DNA of 64,000 bases from a virus (taxonomy: Duplodnaviria; Caudoviricetes): the IMG/VR virus record IMGVR_UViG_3300047160_036126, positions 13,575-77,574 of that record. One strand, 5' to 3'. How positions within the stretch are numbered: position 1 is the stretch's first letter; each line of letters opens with the position of its first letter. The notes below the pieces were generated by a model. It made no database searches. It saw only the letters and a list, made by a program, of their open reading frames with translations, and was not told the origin of the DNA. This document shows, piece after piece, positions 45,397 through 54,472 of the stretch. A program made the translations under genes and the position numbers.

Positions 45397-46929
45397 GTGG
45401 CGATGAGGGTTCTTGCGTTCATCGCCTTGTTGTTTCTCTCCGCGTCTGCATGTGCTGTTCCCCTGCGCGGGGGTGTGGCGAATTTAGGAAACATTGGGAA
45501 CAGCGATTTCGTCGCGAAAACAATCTTTCAGCGCGCGGCCGGGGGCACTTCTAAAACGGTGAGTTTCTCGGGCACCTGGGCCGGGACCACGCCATCAAGC
45601 GTTGAAGTGCAGGTTTTAAATTCTTCAAGTTTGTCGGTCGCTCAAGGTTGGACGGCTTTAAGTTCTCTTTCGACGACAGGCGGAAGCTATTCGGGAAATC
45701 TGAGCGTGCCACAAGGCGGCTGGTATTTTTGGCAGTCGCGCGGCAAAGACAGCTCGGGGAATGTTCTCTATACGAGCGCGGTCACGGGCAACAAATTCGG
45801 CGTCGGGATATTGGTGTCATGTATTGGCCAATCCAATATGTGGAATTCGTTTTTATTCACTTCGGGTTCGCCGCCGACTCCGAGTGACTTAACGGTTCAA
45901 TATCAGGGCACTTTCAACGTGGGCGGCGGCTTTAACAGTTACCTTATTCCGCCAACATTGGATGCGGTTACTGGCGATGGAGCGATCACGCTTGCGAACA
46001 AATTACAGGCGGGTTTTAACCTTCCGATTGCGCTAGTTTCTTATGCCATTCCCAACACCGGGCTTGAAGCAAATATTTCGGGCAGTCTCGGATATTGGTT
46101 AAATCTTGCCACGAATCAGCCGTACACGAATTTCATAGCTGGGCTGGCAACAATCGGCGGCGATTCCGAAATCCTGCTTTGGACGCAGGGCGAGAACGAT
46201 GCGCAGGCAGGCGTTCTAGGTCCGGCATATGAATCGGATTTAACGACTATATATTCAAGATTTCAGTCCTCAATTGGTAGATCGACATCAAATTTAAAGT
46301 TCTTTGGCACACAAACGGGGGTATGTACTTCGTGCGGATCGACATTTACGAATATTAGAGCAGCGCAAGAAGATTGGTTTAATAATACAACCGGCGCGAT
46401 TTTTACAGCGTCGGCTATCGATATACCCGTATCGGACGCGAATATTCACTACACTGTAGCCGGTATGGTGAGAATGGCTCTGCGCGATGCGCAGACAATA
46501 CTGTACGCCTATGGACTCGCCGCGTATCCCTCTAAGGGGCCAGTTATTGCATCGGCCTCTAGGGTGGCTGGTTCGGCCGTCGTAAAAGTTGCCGTCACGC
46601 CAGGCGCGGGAACGCGGCTTCAGGATACCTCGGGGAGCACAGCGGGAACAGGTTTAAGCGGATGGGTTGTAAAAGTAAACGGAACGACGGCGACGATATC
46701 TAGCACCGCAATTGTAGAACCGGCTGAAGTCGATCTTACTTTAAACTCTGTTCCCGCAAATGGCTCTACGGTTACGCTTACTTATCTTGCTGGAAATAAT
46801 CCCATCAATAACGATACTCAAAGTATTGTGTACGACAATACGTCACCTCAAGGCGATACGATAGGGTTGCCGCTCCTTCCTACGGTAGGCGCGGCGCTGG
46901 ATGGTGTTATTCCTGTAACTCAAATGTGA
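45397..46929 (+). CDS. SASA-type SGNH carbohydrate (sialate O-acetyl) esterase with a signal peptide
   Basis: GQSN, WTQGENDA, D.NIHY blocks. Confidence 0.8.
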   Translation: MAMRVLAFIALLFLSASACAVPLRGGVANLGNIGNSDFVAKTIFQRAAGGTSKTVSFSGTWAGTTPSSVEVQVLNSSSLSVAQGWTALSSLSTTGGSYSGNLSVPQGGWYFWQSRGKDSSGNVLYTSAVTGNKFGVGILVSCIGQSNMWNSFLFTSGSPPTPSDLTVQYQGTFNVGGGFNSYLIPPTLDAVTGDGAITLANKLQAGFNLPIALVSYAIPNTGLEANISGSLGYWLNLATNQPYTNFIAGLATIGGDSEILLWTQGENDAQAGVLGPAYESDLTTIYSRFQSSIGRSTSNLKFFGTQTGVCTSCGSTFTNIRAAQEDWFNNTTGAIFTASAIDIPVSDANIHYTVAGMVRMALRDAQTILYAYGLAAYPSKGPVIASASRVAGSAVVKVAVTPGAGTRLQDTSGSTAGTGLSGWVVKVNGTTATISSTAIVEPAEVDLTLNSVPANGSTVTLTYLAGNNPINNDTQSIVYDNTSPQGDTIGLPLLPTVGAALDGVIPVTQM

Positions 46930-46939
46930 AGATGCTCGA

Positions 46940-48082
46940 ATGAAGAAAGCGCTTTTCCTTGCGGTACTGGTTTGGTTGCTGCCGTTTCACGTGTTGGCTT
47001 TGACGTCAACAATTGATCCGACGCAGCCGGAATATGACTCCGACGTCGACTCGGATACAATCCGCAATCTGGCGCAGCATGCCTATAGCGACATCAACAA
47101 TATCTATAACATCATCGGGACCGGCGGAATTTCTCTCGTAGGCGTTCCGGCAAATTCGATTTTATGGAATAGCAACGGATCGATAGCTGGTTTCCTTCCG
47201 AGCGGCGATTGTACGTTTAGCCCTTCTCAGGGCACGGTTATTTGTTCGACCGTTCAGGGTCTAAACCCATTCAATGCTAGCAATATCACAAGCGGGGTGT
47301 TAAACCCAAACCAGCTTCCACTCCCCACTTCAAATACTGTTGGCGCGATTAAGAGCTCATCGGCGCCGGCGCATAACTACGCTACTGGCGTGAACACTTC
47401 AGGGGTAATCACTTACGCTCAACCTGCCGCTGCGGACGTAACTGGGCTCGCGCCTTCCGCTACGACTGACACAACAAATGGATCGAACATTTCGAGTGGA
47501 ACAGTCGGCACGGCCAGGTTGCCGTCTGCATCTATTTTGACCGCTCTGTTGAATGTTTTCACAAGCAGTTTACAGGGTCTTGTGCCAGCTTCGGGCGGGG
47601 GTACGACGAATTATCTCCGTGCCGATGGAAGCTGGGCGTCGCCACCTGGCGGCGGCAGTGGAACCGTAAATTTGGGTTCGGCGAACCAATTGGGCTATTA
47701 TGCTTCTAGCGGAACCACAATCTCGCCCGCGACGGTGGGGAATACGTTGGCTATTGTCGGCGGCACGATTAACGGCACTCAGCCAGCCGATCGCATTGTC
47801 ACAGGTACGAGCGACACGATCACATCGGCTGATTGTGGCAAGATCATCGTTTACAACAATAGTTCTGCGGTGTCGGTCGGAATAGCGGCGGCATCTACAA
47901 CCGGCCTCACGCAAGGCTGCGCGTTCGGCATAAATAATAAAGGCGCAGGCACAGTTACTTTTACGCCTACGACGAGCACGATCGATGGGAGTTCGTCAAT
48001 GGCTGTTAATCAAAATAAGGGTTGCTGGGTGCGAAGTGACTCAACGAATTATCAAAAAGATTATGGCGCCTGTAACCTGTAG
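46940..48082 (+). CDS. Fibre-like protein with an N-terminal signal peptide, paralog of 43226
   Basis: MKKALFLAVLVWLLPFHVLA; TIDPTQP...S.TIR; YLRADGSW. Confidence 0.65.
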   Translation: MKKALFLAVLVWLLPFHVLALTSTIDPTQPEYDSDVDSDTIRNLAQHAYSDINNIYNIIGTGGISLVGVPANSILWNSNGSIAGFLPSGDCTFSPSQGTVICSTVQGLNPFNASNITSGVLNPNQLPLPTSNTVGAIKSSSAPAHNYATGVNTSGVITYAQPAAADVTGLAPSATTDTTNGSNISSGTVGTARLPSASILTALLNVFTSSLQGLVPASGGGTTNYLRADGSWASPPGGGSGTVNLGSANQLGYYASSGTTISPATVGNTLAIVGGTINGTQPADRIVTGTSDTITSADCGKIIVYNNSSAVSVGIAAASTTGLTQGCAFGINNKGAGTVTFTPTTSTIDGSSSMAVNQNKGCWVRSDSTNYQKDYGACNL

Positions 48083-48095
48083 ATTTGGAACTAAT

Positions 48096-48242
48096 ATGGA
48101 TGAAATAGTTTCGTGTGTCCGATGCGGAAAGGTTATAGCTCAAGATAAAGCGCATTATTCCACGCCATATTGTGATTGTCTCGCGGGCTGCGACCACCCT
48201 TTATGCGATAGGAGTTTAACAGATGTGGAGAAAGTGTTTTGA
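48096..48242 (+). CDS. Small Cys-rich protein
   Basis: CVRC...CDC..C.H..C. Confidence 0.4.
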   Translation: MDEIVSCVRCGKVIAQDKAHYSTPYCDCLAGCDHPLCDRSLTDVEKVF

Positions 48243-48318
48243 TGGTAGGTGACTTACAACCCTTAATAGTGTAAGATTAGGATGTCGCAGGCTTAAACCA
48301 AAGCAAAGGGGGCGAAAC

Positions 48319-48768
48319 ATGGACGGCGATCAGGGAGCATTAAACAAATTTGAGCATGGCGAGTGGTCTGCCGGCTTTCATGATCTGAAAGTTAGTCTCG
48401 ATAAGTTGTTGGGCCGCGCTGAAAACGACGCTCAAACACTTTTCACGCTTGGCCTCAAAACCTTAACAAACGATCTTAAAACGCCCCTCGGTCAGGCTGC
48501 GGCAACGGCTATTGGAACTGCATTAGCTGATGGCGTGGCAGGAAAGACGGTGGCGCAGATTGGCGCCGACGTGTTGCCGTCACTTGAAAGTAGCGTTGTT
48601 GCCGACGCGAAAGCAGCCGGCCAGGATGCGGAAAATGTCGTCTTGAACACCGCGCGCGTGATGTTGCTCGGTTCGCAGGCACAAGCGGCGGCACCCCCTA
48701 CTCCGTCGGCTGCATCTACAGGTGCGGCGGGTTCTGGCGGCGCTGAACCACCTCCGGCAGCGGTTTAA
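48319..48768 (+). CDS. Hypothetical protein, lysis region
   Basis: Strong RBS; Ala-rich. Confidence 0.6.
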   Translation: MDGDQGALNKFEHGEWSAGFHDLKVSLDKLLGRAENDAQTLFTLGLKTLTNDLKTPLGQAAATAIGTALADGVAGKTVAQIGADVLPSLESSVVADAKAAGQDAENVVLNTARVMLLGSQAQAAAPPTPSAASTGAAGSGGAEPPPAAV

Positions 48769-48770
48769 CC

Positions 48771-49085
48771 ATGCAGCTTCCGTCAGCTAGTAATAGTGCC
48801 GGCACGCTCGCCGGAACGGTTGTCGGTGGCATTATCGCGGCGTCGGTGCCGACAATGCCTTGGGCGATTGCAGCGGCGGCGGCTGTTGGTATGACGCCGC
48901 TTGGTTTCGCCGGCGGGTTGGCCGTCGTTGCCACAGCGGCCGTCAATTATGCTGTGACACATTGGGCAGAGGCGGCGAACCTCAACGACAAGCTGAAGGA
49001 CTGGTGGCCCCTGCTGCATCCGCAACAGAGCTTTCCACAAGATCCGCAGCCGTCTGCGAACGTGAGCAATATTAATAAATCTTAG
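48771..49085 (+). CDS. Holin candidate
   Basis: Two to three hydrophobic segments; upstream of the endolysin. Confidence 0.45.
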   Translation: MQLPSASNSAGTLAGTVVGGIIAASVPTMPWAIAAAAAVGMTPLGFAGGLAVVATAAVNYAVTHWAEAANLNDKLKDWWPLLHPQQSFPQDPQPSANVSNINKS

Positions 49086-49093
49086 TATCGGTC

Positions 49094-49495
49094 ATGGCTG
49101 ACACAACTGTGGTTTCTCCCTTGGTACCTGGTACATCCGATTTCGGGCTTGGTGTGATTGCTGAGCGTGTCGCCGGGCTGCAAACGGGCCTCAAAAAGGT
49201 TGAGGATATTCAGCGCGATTCTTTCATGATGATTAAGGAAATGCGTGATCAGCACACAACGATTATCGAAAAACATGGGCGGCTTGAGGAACGTGTCAAG
49301 GCGACTGAGGATGTCGTTGATGAACACGATAAGGCATTAAATAAAAAGGCAGATAAAGAATCTTTAAGCTCACTTAATGAAGCTGTCGAAGATTTAAAAA
49401 TAAGCAAAGCCAAGGTAATCGGAATTGCGGTCGCGGTGAGCACAATTGTCGGCGTGGCCGTTGCGTTGTTGCCGGTCATTTTTAAAGTGCATTGA
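49094..49495 (+). CDS. Coiled-coil protein with a C-terminal transmembrane segment (lysis-associated)
   Basis: Long coiled coil plus VIGIAVAVSTIVGVAVALL. Confidence 0.55.
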   Translation: MADTTVVSPLVPGTSDFGLGVIAERVAGLQTGLKKVEDIQRDSFMMIKEMRDQHTTIIEKHGRLEERVKATEDVVDEHDKALNKKADKESLSSLNEAVEDLKISKAKVIGIAVAVSTIVGVAVALLPVIFKVH

Positions 49496-49560
49496 CCTGT
49501 TGCGCAATATTATTGCGTTGTCATCTTCCGGTTGTATAAATAGTTTGTAAATATGATATA

Positions 49561-49788
49561 GTGCCGCGCGTCAGTAATGACGGGAGCGGCATGCAAACTC
49601 GCACTCTCATTCTTGGTTCCGTGTTTACAGCACTCATCCTTGCTGCGCCTATCTATGGGCCGTTGGTGGGGAAAATATTCATAGATCGTGTTTCAGCCGC
49701 ACTCGACGCGCGATTAAAGCCAGGTATCAGCATCGATGCGCCTCCTCCTCTCCCCTCCACCGAAAAACAGCCTATAGGTGACGAATGA
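49561..49788 (+). CDS. Small membrane protein
   Basis: One transmembrane segment, Pro-rich tail. Confidence 0.45.
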   Translation: MPRVSNDGSGMQTRTLILGSVFTALILAAPIYGPLVGKIFIDRVSAALDARLKPGISIDAPPPLPSTEKQPIGDE

Positions 49789-49955
49789 ACAATGAAGAAC
49801 GGCCGGTAAGGCCCGCAGAACATGGCCGCGTTCAAACAGTGGCTACATCGGATGGACGGATAGTTACGGTGAATGAGGACGGGCTCGGGGGCTTGCACGT
49901 TGCCGCCTTTAAGCCTGGGAAGAATGAGCCGTACAAAAGAGCGGATTTGTCGTGA
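49785..49955 (+). CDS. Hypothetical protein (56 aa), not in the ORF track
   Basis: ATGA/GTGA overlaps on both sides. Confidence 0.5.
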   Translation: MNNEERPVRPAEHGRVQTVATSDGRIVTVNEDGLGGLHVAAFKPGKNEPYKRADLS

Positions 49956-50137
49956 GCGACCCTTTCCAGGAGGGGCATGCTGCACAGCGCCGGAAGCAAG
50001 CCGATGAAGCGGCGAAGCGCGAAGTCACCGCACAGCAAGACCGGATAAAATCTGTTACGGCGTCGCATAATGCGCGGCGCGCGGCGGCCGCGGCACCATA
50101 CAAAGGCTATCCTTGGCCGGAGCCTTTTTATCGATGA
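49952..50137 (+). CDS. Hypothetical protein
   Basis: Coupled small ORF. Confidence 0.5.
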   Translation: MSDPFQEGHAAQRRKQADEAAKREVTAQQDRIKSVTASHNARRAAAAAPYKGYPWPEPFYR

Positions 50138-50325
50138 AATCGGGCTTCTTCAGACCTGTTGTCGAAGCCCTTAAAGCCGCTGGCTATGAGTTTCAGCGCG
50201 TGCGTGCCAATCATCACATTTTCAGGGCGCCACAACGGCCTTTAATCAGTGTGCCGGCGAAGCTCGATGATCGCAATCTTGTGCAAAATATCCTTCGGCG
50301 TGCGGGGGCAACCTTTGACAGATGA
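50134..50325 (+). CDS. hicA: HicA-family (dsRBD-fold) protein
   Basis: LKAAGYEFQRVRANHHIFR...ISVP...NLVQNILRRAG. Confidence 0.7.
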   Translation: MKSGFFRPVVEALKAAGYEFQRVRANHHIFRAPQRPLISVPAKLDDRNLVQNILRRAGATFDR

Positions 50326-50533
50326 GGATCAAATCGCGGCATTTGTCGCAGTGGGTCGAGTTACTCGGCTGCCGACTGCGCACGCCGTCGCGAGCCAGCA
50401 TGCAAGGGCGATTTCAGAATTTGATAAAGCCGCGCACGAAGTAGCCATTCAAACACGCAAGCGCGACCAGGTCATGCGGTTTGCAAAAACATCGGCGCAG
50501 CGCCGCCGTATGATGGCGGCGGGGCCGCGATGA
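50315..50533 (+). CDS. Hypothetical protein
   Basis: TTG start; QIAAFVAVGRVTRLPT. Confidence 0.45.
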   Translation: MTDEDQIAAFVAVGRVTRLPTAHAVASQHARAISEFDKAAHEVAIQTRKRDQVMRFAKTSAQRRRMMAAGPR

Positions 50534-50973
50534 GCGGTTCGCGCGATCCGGCCGATTTAGACCCCAGTCTTCAACAGCTCGCTCAGCAATTCCTCGAGCA
50601 ATGCGCGGCGGCGGGCATCGAAGCTCTTTTGACGGTCACATACAGATCAGCGGAGGAACAGGATGTCGAATACGCAAAGGGTCGAACTGAACCGGGCCCT
50701 CGGACGACTAATGCCCAGGGAGGCCAAAGTCCGCATAATTGCGTTCTGCCCGATGGCACGCCGGCGGCTCTCGCTTTCGATTTTGCGCTATTCGCTGATG
50801 ACGGGAAGCGCCTTGACTGGGACGGTGACGATCAGCGGTGGCAGACGGCGATAAAAATTGGGGAAGGCCTCGGCCTAATATCAGGCGCGACGTTTCCGGG
50901 GCATCTTTGCGACCGGGATCATCTTGAGCTTAAGGGGTGGAATTCACCCGAGCAAACTCCCCAAAATACCTAA
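50530..50973 (+). CDS. Endolysin, peptidase M15 (L-Ala-D-Glu peptidase-like)
   Basis: TYRS.EEQ...YAKGRT, TNAQGGQSPHN, AFD, DRDHLE. Confidence 0.9.
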   Translation: MSGSRDPADLDPSLQQLAQQFLEQCAAAGIEALLTVTYRSAEEQDVEYAKGRTEPGPRTTNAQGGQSPHNCVLPDGTPAALAFDFALFADDGKRLDWDGDDQRWQTAIKIGEGLGLISGATFPGHLCDRDHLELKGWNSPEQTPQNT

Positions 50974-51481
50974 TAGCAGCGTCATTGTAGGCTTTAGCAG
51001 CTTCGATTTCGTCGCTAAAGAGGCCTAAATAGATCGGGCTGTTGTCGATTTGTATTCTCGCATCCCATTTATTAGCCGATGCATTCCAGCGAACGCCTTT
51101 ATATTTGGATGAGCAATTCGCGCGCTTGAATGCGTTTTGTAAATTTTGCCCGCAGGTTGCCCATCTTAGATTGCTTTTGCAGTTGTTGAGCCCGTCCCCA
51201 TCCTTATGATCGATAAGTGTGCCAGGCTCAGCATTAAGTACAAGACGGTGCATTTTCAAGGAAGCGCGTTTTTTTCGTGGATTATATAATCTTCCGTTAT
51301 GAAATTTTCTAGTTTCGGACTGACCAATGTTTATATTGGTAATGGCATAAAATGCGTCTCTGCGCTTGTCGTGGTGTACATGCCAATTTAATCTGTTAAG
51401 CCGACCAAAATCATCTTCGTCTACGATAGCGAACTTGCCTTGCGTGAGCGGTATTAGTCTCGTATTGGATGAGATAGTCAT
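50930..51481 (-). CDS. HNH-AP2 homing endonuclease
   Basis: LTQGKFAIVDEDD, IDHKDGDGLNNCKSNLR, SSKYKGV, YLGLF..E.EAAKAYN. Confidence 0.9.
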   Translation of the reverse strand: MTISSNTRLIPLTQGKFAIVDEDDFGRLNRLNWHVHHDKRRDAFYAITNINIGQSETRKFHNGRLYNPRKKRASLKMHRLVLNAEPGTLIDHKDGDGLNNCKSNLRWATCGQNLQNAFKRANCSSKYKGVRWNASANKWDARIQIDNSPIYLGLFSDEIEAAKAYNDAAIRYFGEFARVNSTP

Positions 51482-51708
51482 GGCGCGATTAACCCGCGTT
51501 CGTGATTAGAGCCGGTGTGCTTCCCCACGAAGCCATCGGCTTGAGTTTATTTACAGCAATACTTAGAGAAGTTCAATTGCTAACGGTGATTCGAGAGATT
51601 GCGCTAAACTTCGGCAAAACGTTCTAAACTTCATTCCGCGACGAAAGAGCGCATTTAAAAAGCGATAAAGGATTCTTGCTTTTCGGAAAAATCCGTAGGC
51701 TTGACGGC

Positions 51709-52519
51709 ATGAAACCGCTGTGGTGGTGGCCCGTAGTCGATGCCCTGATTTTCAGATACCAGCTTTTGCGAATCTATTTTTACGAGATTATCGCACTGCC
51801 TTGGCGGGCAATCCTCATCCTCACGGTTCTGGCAGGCATAGGCTATGGAACCGCGTGGGCAATCAATCAGGTGCCAGATGCTACAACCGCAAGCGGCGGA
51901 CGCCCTACAGTGGCAGGGAAACACATACCAGGCCGGCCAATGGGGCTACAGCGCAACCTGGCTGCACCGCGACTGGCTAATCAACGGCGATAGCCTGCCA
52001 TGGCAGGCATGGTATTTCTCGAAGGTGCCGCCGCATGCCGCCGCCCCGGTCTATAGGCGCATATTAAACGGCCACTGGGCGCAAATCCTAGAAATCCACG
52101 GGGAATGGATGCTGGCGTCAATCATCCCATGGCCTGCCTTCGTCGCGGAGATGCACCAGGCCCGTTATAGGATGAGGCGGTATTATGTGGCCTATCGGGG
52201 AGAGTGCATAGGTGCCCTGGTCTGCCTGCTCATGGCCCTGGCTGGCTTCTGGATAGGGCTGCTAGGGATGCCCTTTACCGTTGTCGGCCTGCCGCTGATG
52301 GGCATGTTCCTGCGCCATGCGTTTCAGAATGGCATGGCCCTGCGAAAGATTACCGTTGTCGATCCTGGGCCTTACATGCCTCCGCTTCCTCCGCCAACGC
52401 CTGATCCTATCGCACTGCCTTTCGGAACTTCCGAATTCGTGGAGGACACCGACGAAGCCGTAAGGGAAATGGGCAAGTCGTCGTTCCATCTCCCGGCGCA
52501 GCCGCCTTGGCATAAATAA
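51709..52519 (+). pseudogene. Membrane protein upstream of T4CP; two overlapping frames suggest a +1 frameshift near 51.88 kb
   Basis: Hydrophobic N-terminal part in one frame (51709-51993) and the remainder with TM helices in the next frame (to 52519). Confidence 0.4.
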
Positions 52520-52565
52520 CACCACAGGCACTATCCCATAGCCGTTTAAAGGGAGTAAGGCGAAG

Positions 52566-53906
52566 TTGGATGACATTTGGGGTACTTCGGGCGGCGTTTA
52601 TTTAGGCTACGGCTGCACCAATCTTGAAGGGCCGCCAGAAAACATGAGTCGAAAGCCAGTCCAATATGTTGGGGACAGGCATCTAATTACGGTCGGGCCG
52701 TCAGGTGTCGGCAAGTCACGCAAGGCCCTGACGCCGGTGCTTTTGTCATGCCCGCATTGGAGCATGATCGTAATCGATCCCTCGGCGGAGCTTGCGCGCG
52801 CCACGGCGGCGCACCGGGCGAAATATGGCGAGGTCTATTTCCTCAATGCCTATGGCGTGCAGGGCTTCCAGCGCGGCAGCCACAACCCGATGTTGGCTCT
52901 CAACCCCGAAAGCGAGCTATTCGTTGACGACGCCTATGGGCTGTCGGAAGCGATCATCACGCCCAACCCCCAAGCCCGCGAACCGCACTGGCCGCTCTCG
53001 GCGCAAGACCTGACGACCGCCAGCACGATGTACAACCGGCTGAAGTTCGGGGACATCGGCTCGTTCAACGATGTTCGCAAAGACCTGACGAAGACCGCCG
53101 CCGCGTTCCGCGAGACAATCAAGCATATGCGGGAGGTCGCCATTGCGAAGGATTGGGAAGTCCTAGAACACAAGGCCAATCGGTTTCTTGATATAAAGCC
53201 CGACGACAAGGAACTGCATTCGATCCTATCGACGGCGCAGACGGAAACCAGGTGGCTCGATAGTCCGCCTATTCAACGAAGCCTTGAAAAGGGCTTTATA
53301 GATTTTGCTTCGTTTAAACAATCCCCGAAAACGGTTTACATAATTCTTCCGGCCAAGCGCATTGTGACACAAGCGGCATGGATGAAATTGGTGCTTACTT
53401 CGGCCTTGCAGGAATTAATCGGAGATGAACGGAAACCGAAGGTTCCTGTTCTTGTTGCAATGGACGAAGCCTTTCAGATTAATTTCCCGGCACCGTTGCC
53501 GGTACTCGTCCGCTATGCACCTTTAGCGCGTAAATACGGGGTGAAATTCTGGACGTTCTTCCAAGATATTTATCAATTAGAAATGTGCTTCGGCAATCCC
53601 GGTTGGAAAAGTTTTGTCGCCAATACTGGCGTACAGCAATTCTTTGCTCCGACCGATATGGACACAGCCGAGTTCATTTCGAGACGCGCAGGCACTACGG
53701 CAAAGGCAATTCCAAACAGCAGCTATAGCGCCGATTTGAGTACCGGCCTGCGTAGCGGCTCGGCTGATGCAAGCTTTGCCTGGGCCGAATTTCCGGTCTT
53801 TCGGCCCAATGACATAATCAATATGGATCAAACGCTTGTGTTTTGCCACAAGCTGAAAAAGACGTTGATTGCCTTTCTTCCCGATCCATCGGAGATGAAA
53901 GGCTGA
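52566..53906 (+). CDS. virD4: Type IV coupling protein (VirD4/TraG family)
   Basis: HLITVGPSGVGKS Walker A, VIDPSAEL, AMDEA Walker B, QDIYQL. Confidence 0.85.
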   Translation: MDDIWGTSGGVYLGYGCTNLEGPPENMSRKPVQYVGDRHLITVGPSGVGKSRKALTPVLLSCPHWSMIVIDPSAELARATAAHRAKYGEVYFLNAYGVQGFQRGSHNPMLALNPESELFVDDAYGLSEAIITPNPQAREPHWPLSAQDLTTASTMYNRLKFGDIGSFNDVRKDLTKTAAAFRETIKHMREVAIAKDWEVLEHKANRFLDIKPDDKELHSILSTAQTETRWLDSPPIQRSLEKGFIDFASFKQSPKTVYIILPAKRIVTQAAWMKLVLTSALQELIGDERKPKVPVLVAMDEAFQINFPAPLPVLVRYAPLARKYGVKFWTFFQDIYQLEMCFGNPGWKSFVANTGVQQFFAPTDMDTAEFISRRAGTTAKAIPNSSYSADLSTGLRSGSADASFAWAEFPVFRPNDIINMDQTLVFCHKLKKTLIAFLPDPSEMKG

Positions 53907-54024
53907 ATGGATGTTTTGGTTTCGCGTGCGTCTATTTTTAGAGGGTGTTTATGACCATACTGTGTTGCCGGTGATAGTTCTTTGCCAAGAGATAAGTGAT
54001 CGCCGCAAAGCAAAGAAGAACAAA

Positions 54025-54468
54025 TCAAGGATGCCGCGCCCGTGACTTCTTTTGCTGCCGCCGGGTTTGTTGACGTTCGTAGATATCGCGGACGGCCTGT
54101 TGCGCGAGCATGGCAATCTCAGCCTTGCGTTGATCTTTGATTGCCCGAAGCGCAGCGGCCCGTTCAACCGGGTTCTTGATTTTCATCGCCTCTTTCATTC
54201 TAGCGTCGTATCGTGATAGTACAGCGATCTTAGCCGCCGCGATTGCAGCCTTGAGTTCCCCCGAAATCGGCGGATCGGGCATTTCTTTCGTCCAGCCGAG
54301 TTCATTGCGGCACAGCGTCCATAAAAGCGGGAAGTGAGGCAAACGCGATAGGCGTTCCTGGCGCTTCTTGGCTCCTCTCGTTTGATGGACGGCAGCGATT
54401 GAGCGGAATTCGCGTTGCGACCGGCTTTTGCCCTTTTTCGGCTTGCCGTGGCATTTGGGCGAGGCCAC
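54025..54468 (-). CDS. Basic helical hypothetical protein downstream of the relaxase
   Basis: Starts 4 nt after the relaxase stop. Confidence 0.45.
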   Translation of the reverse strand: MASPKCHGKPKKGKSRSQREFRSIAAVHQTRGAKKRQERLSRLPHFPLLWTLCRNELGWTKEMPDPPISGELKAAIAAAKIAVLSRYDARMKEAMKIKNPVERAAALRAIKDQRKAEIAMLAQQAVRDIYERQQTRRQQKKSRARHP

Positions 54469-54472
54469 GGCC

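Larger units (their letters stand above)
1..51481. mobile_element. Temperate myovirus-type prophage; left end (integrase, att) runs off the window and the right boundary is uncertain
   Basis: Ordered int/xis, recombination, replication, terminase, portal, capsid, sheath, tube, baseplate, fibre and endolysin modules; regulator homologs point to an alphaproteobacterial host. Confidence 0.95.

Noticed and set aside
48319-49788. Spanin pair
   Set aside because: No lipobox-containing o-spanin recognised; membrane ORFs left as unassigned lysis candidates
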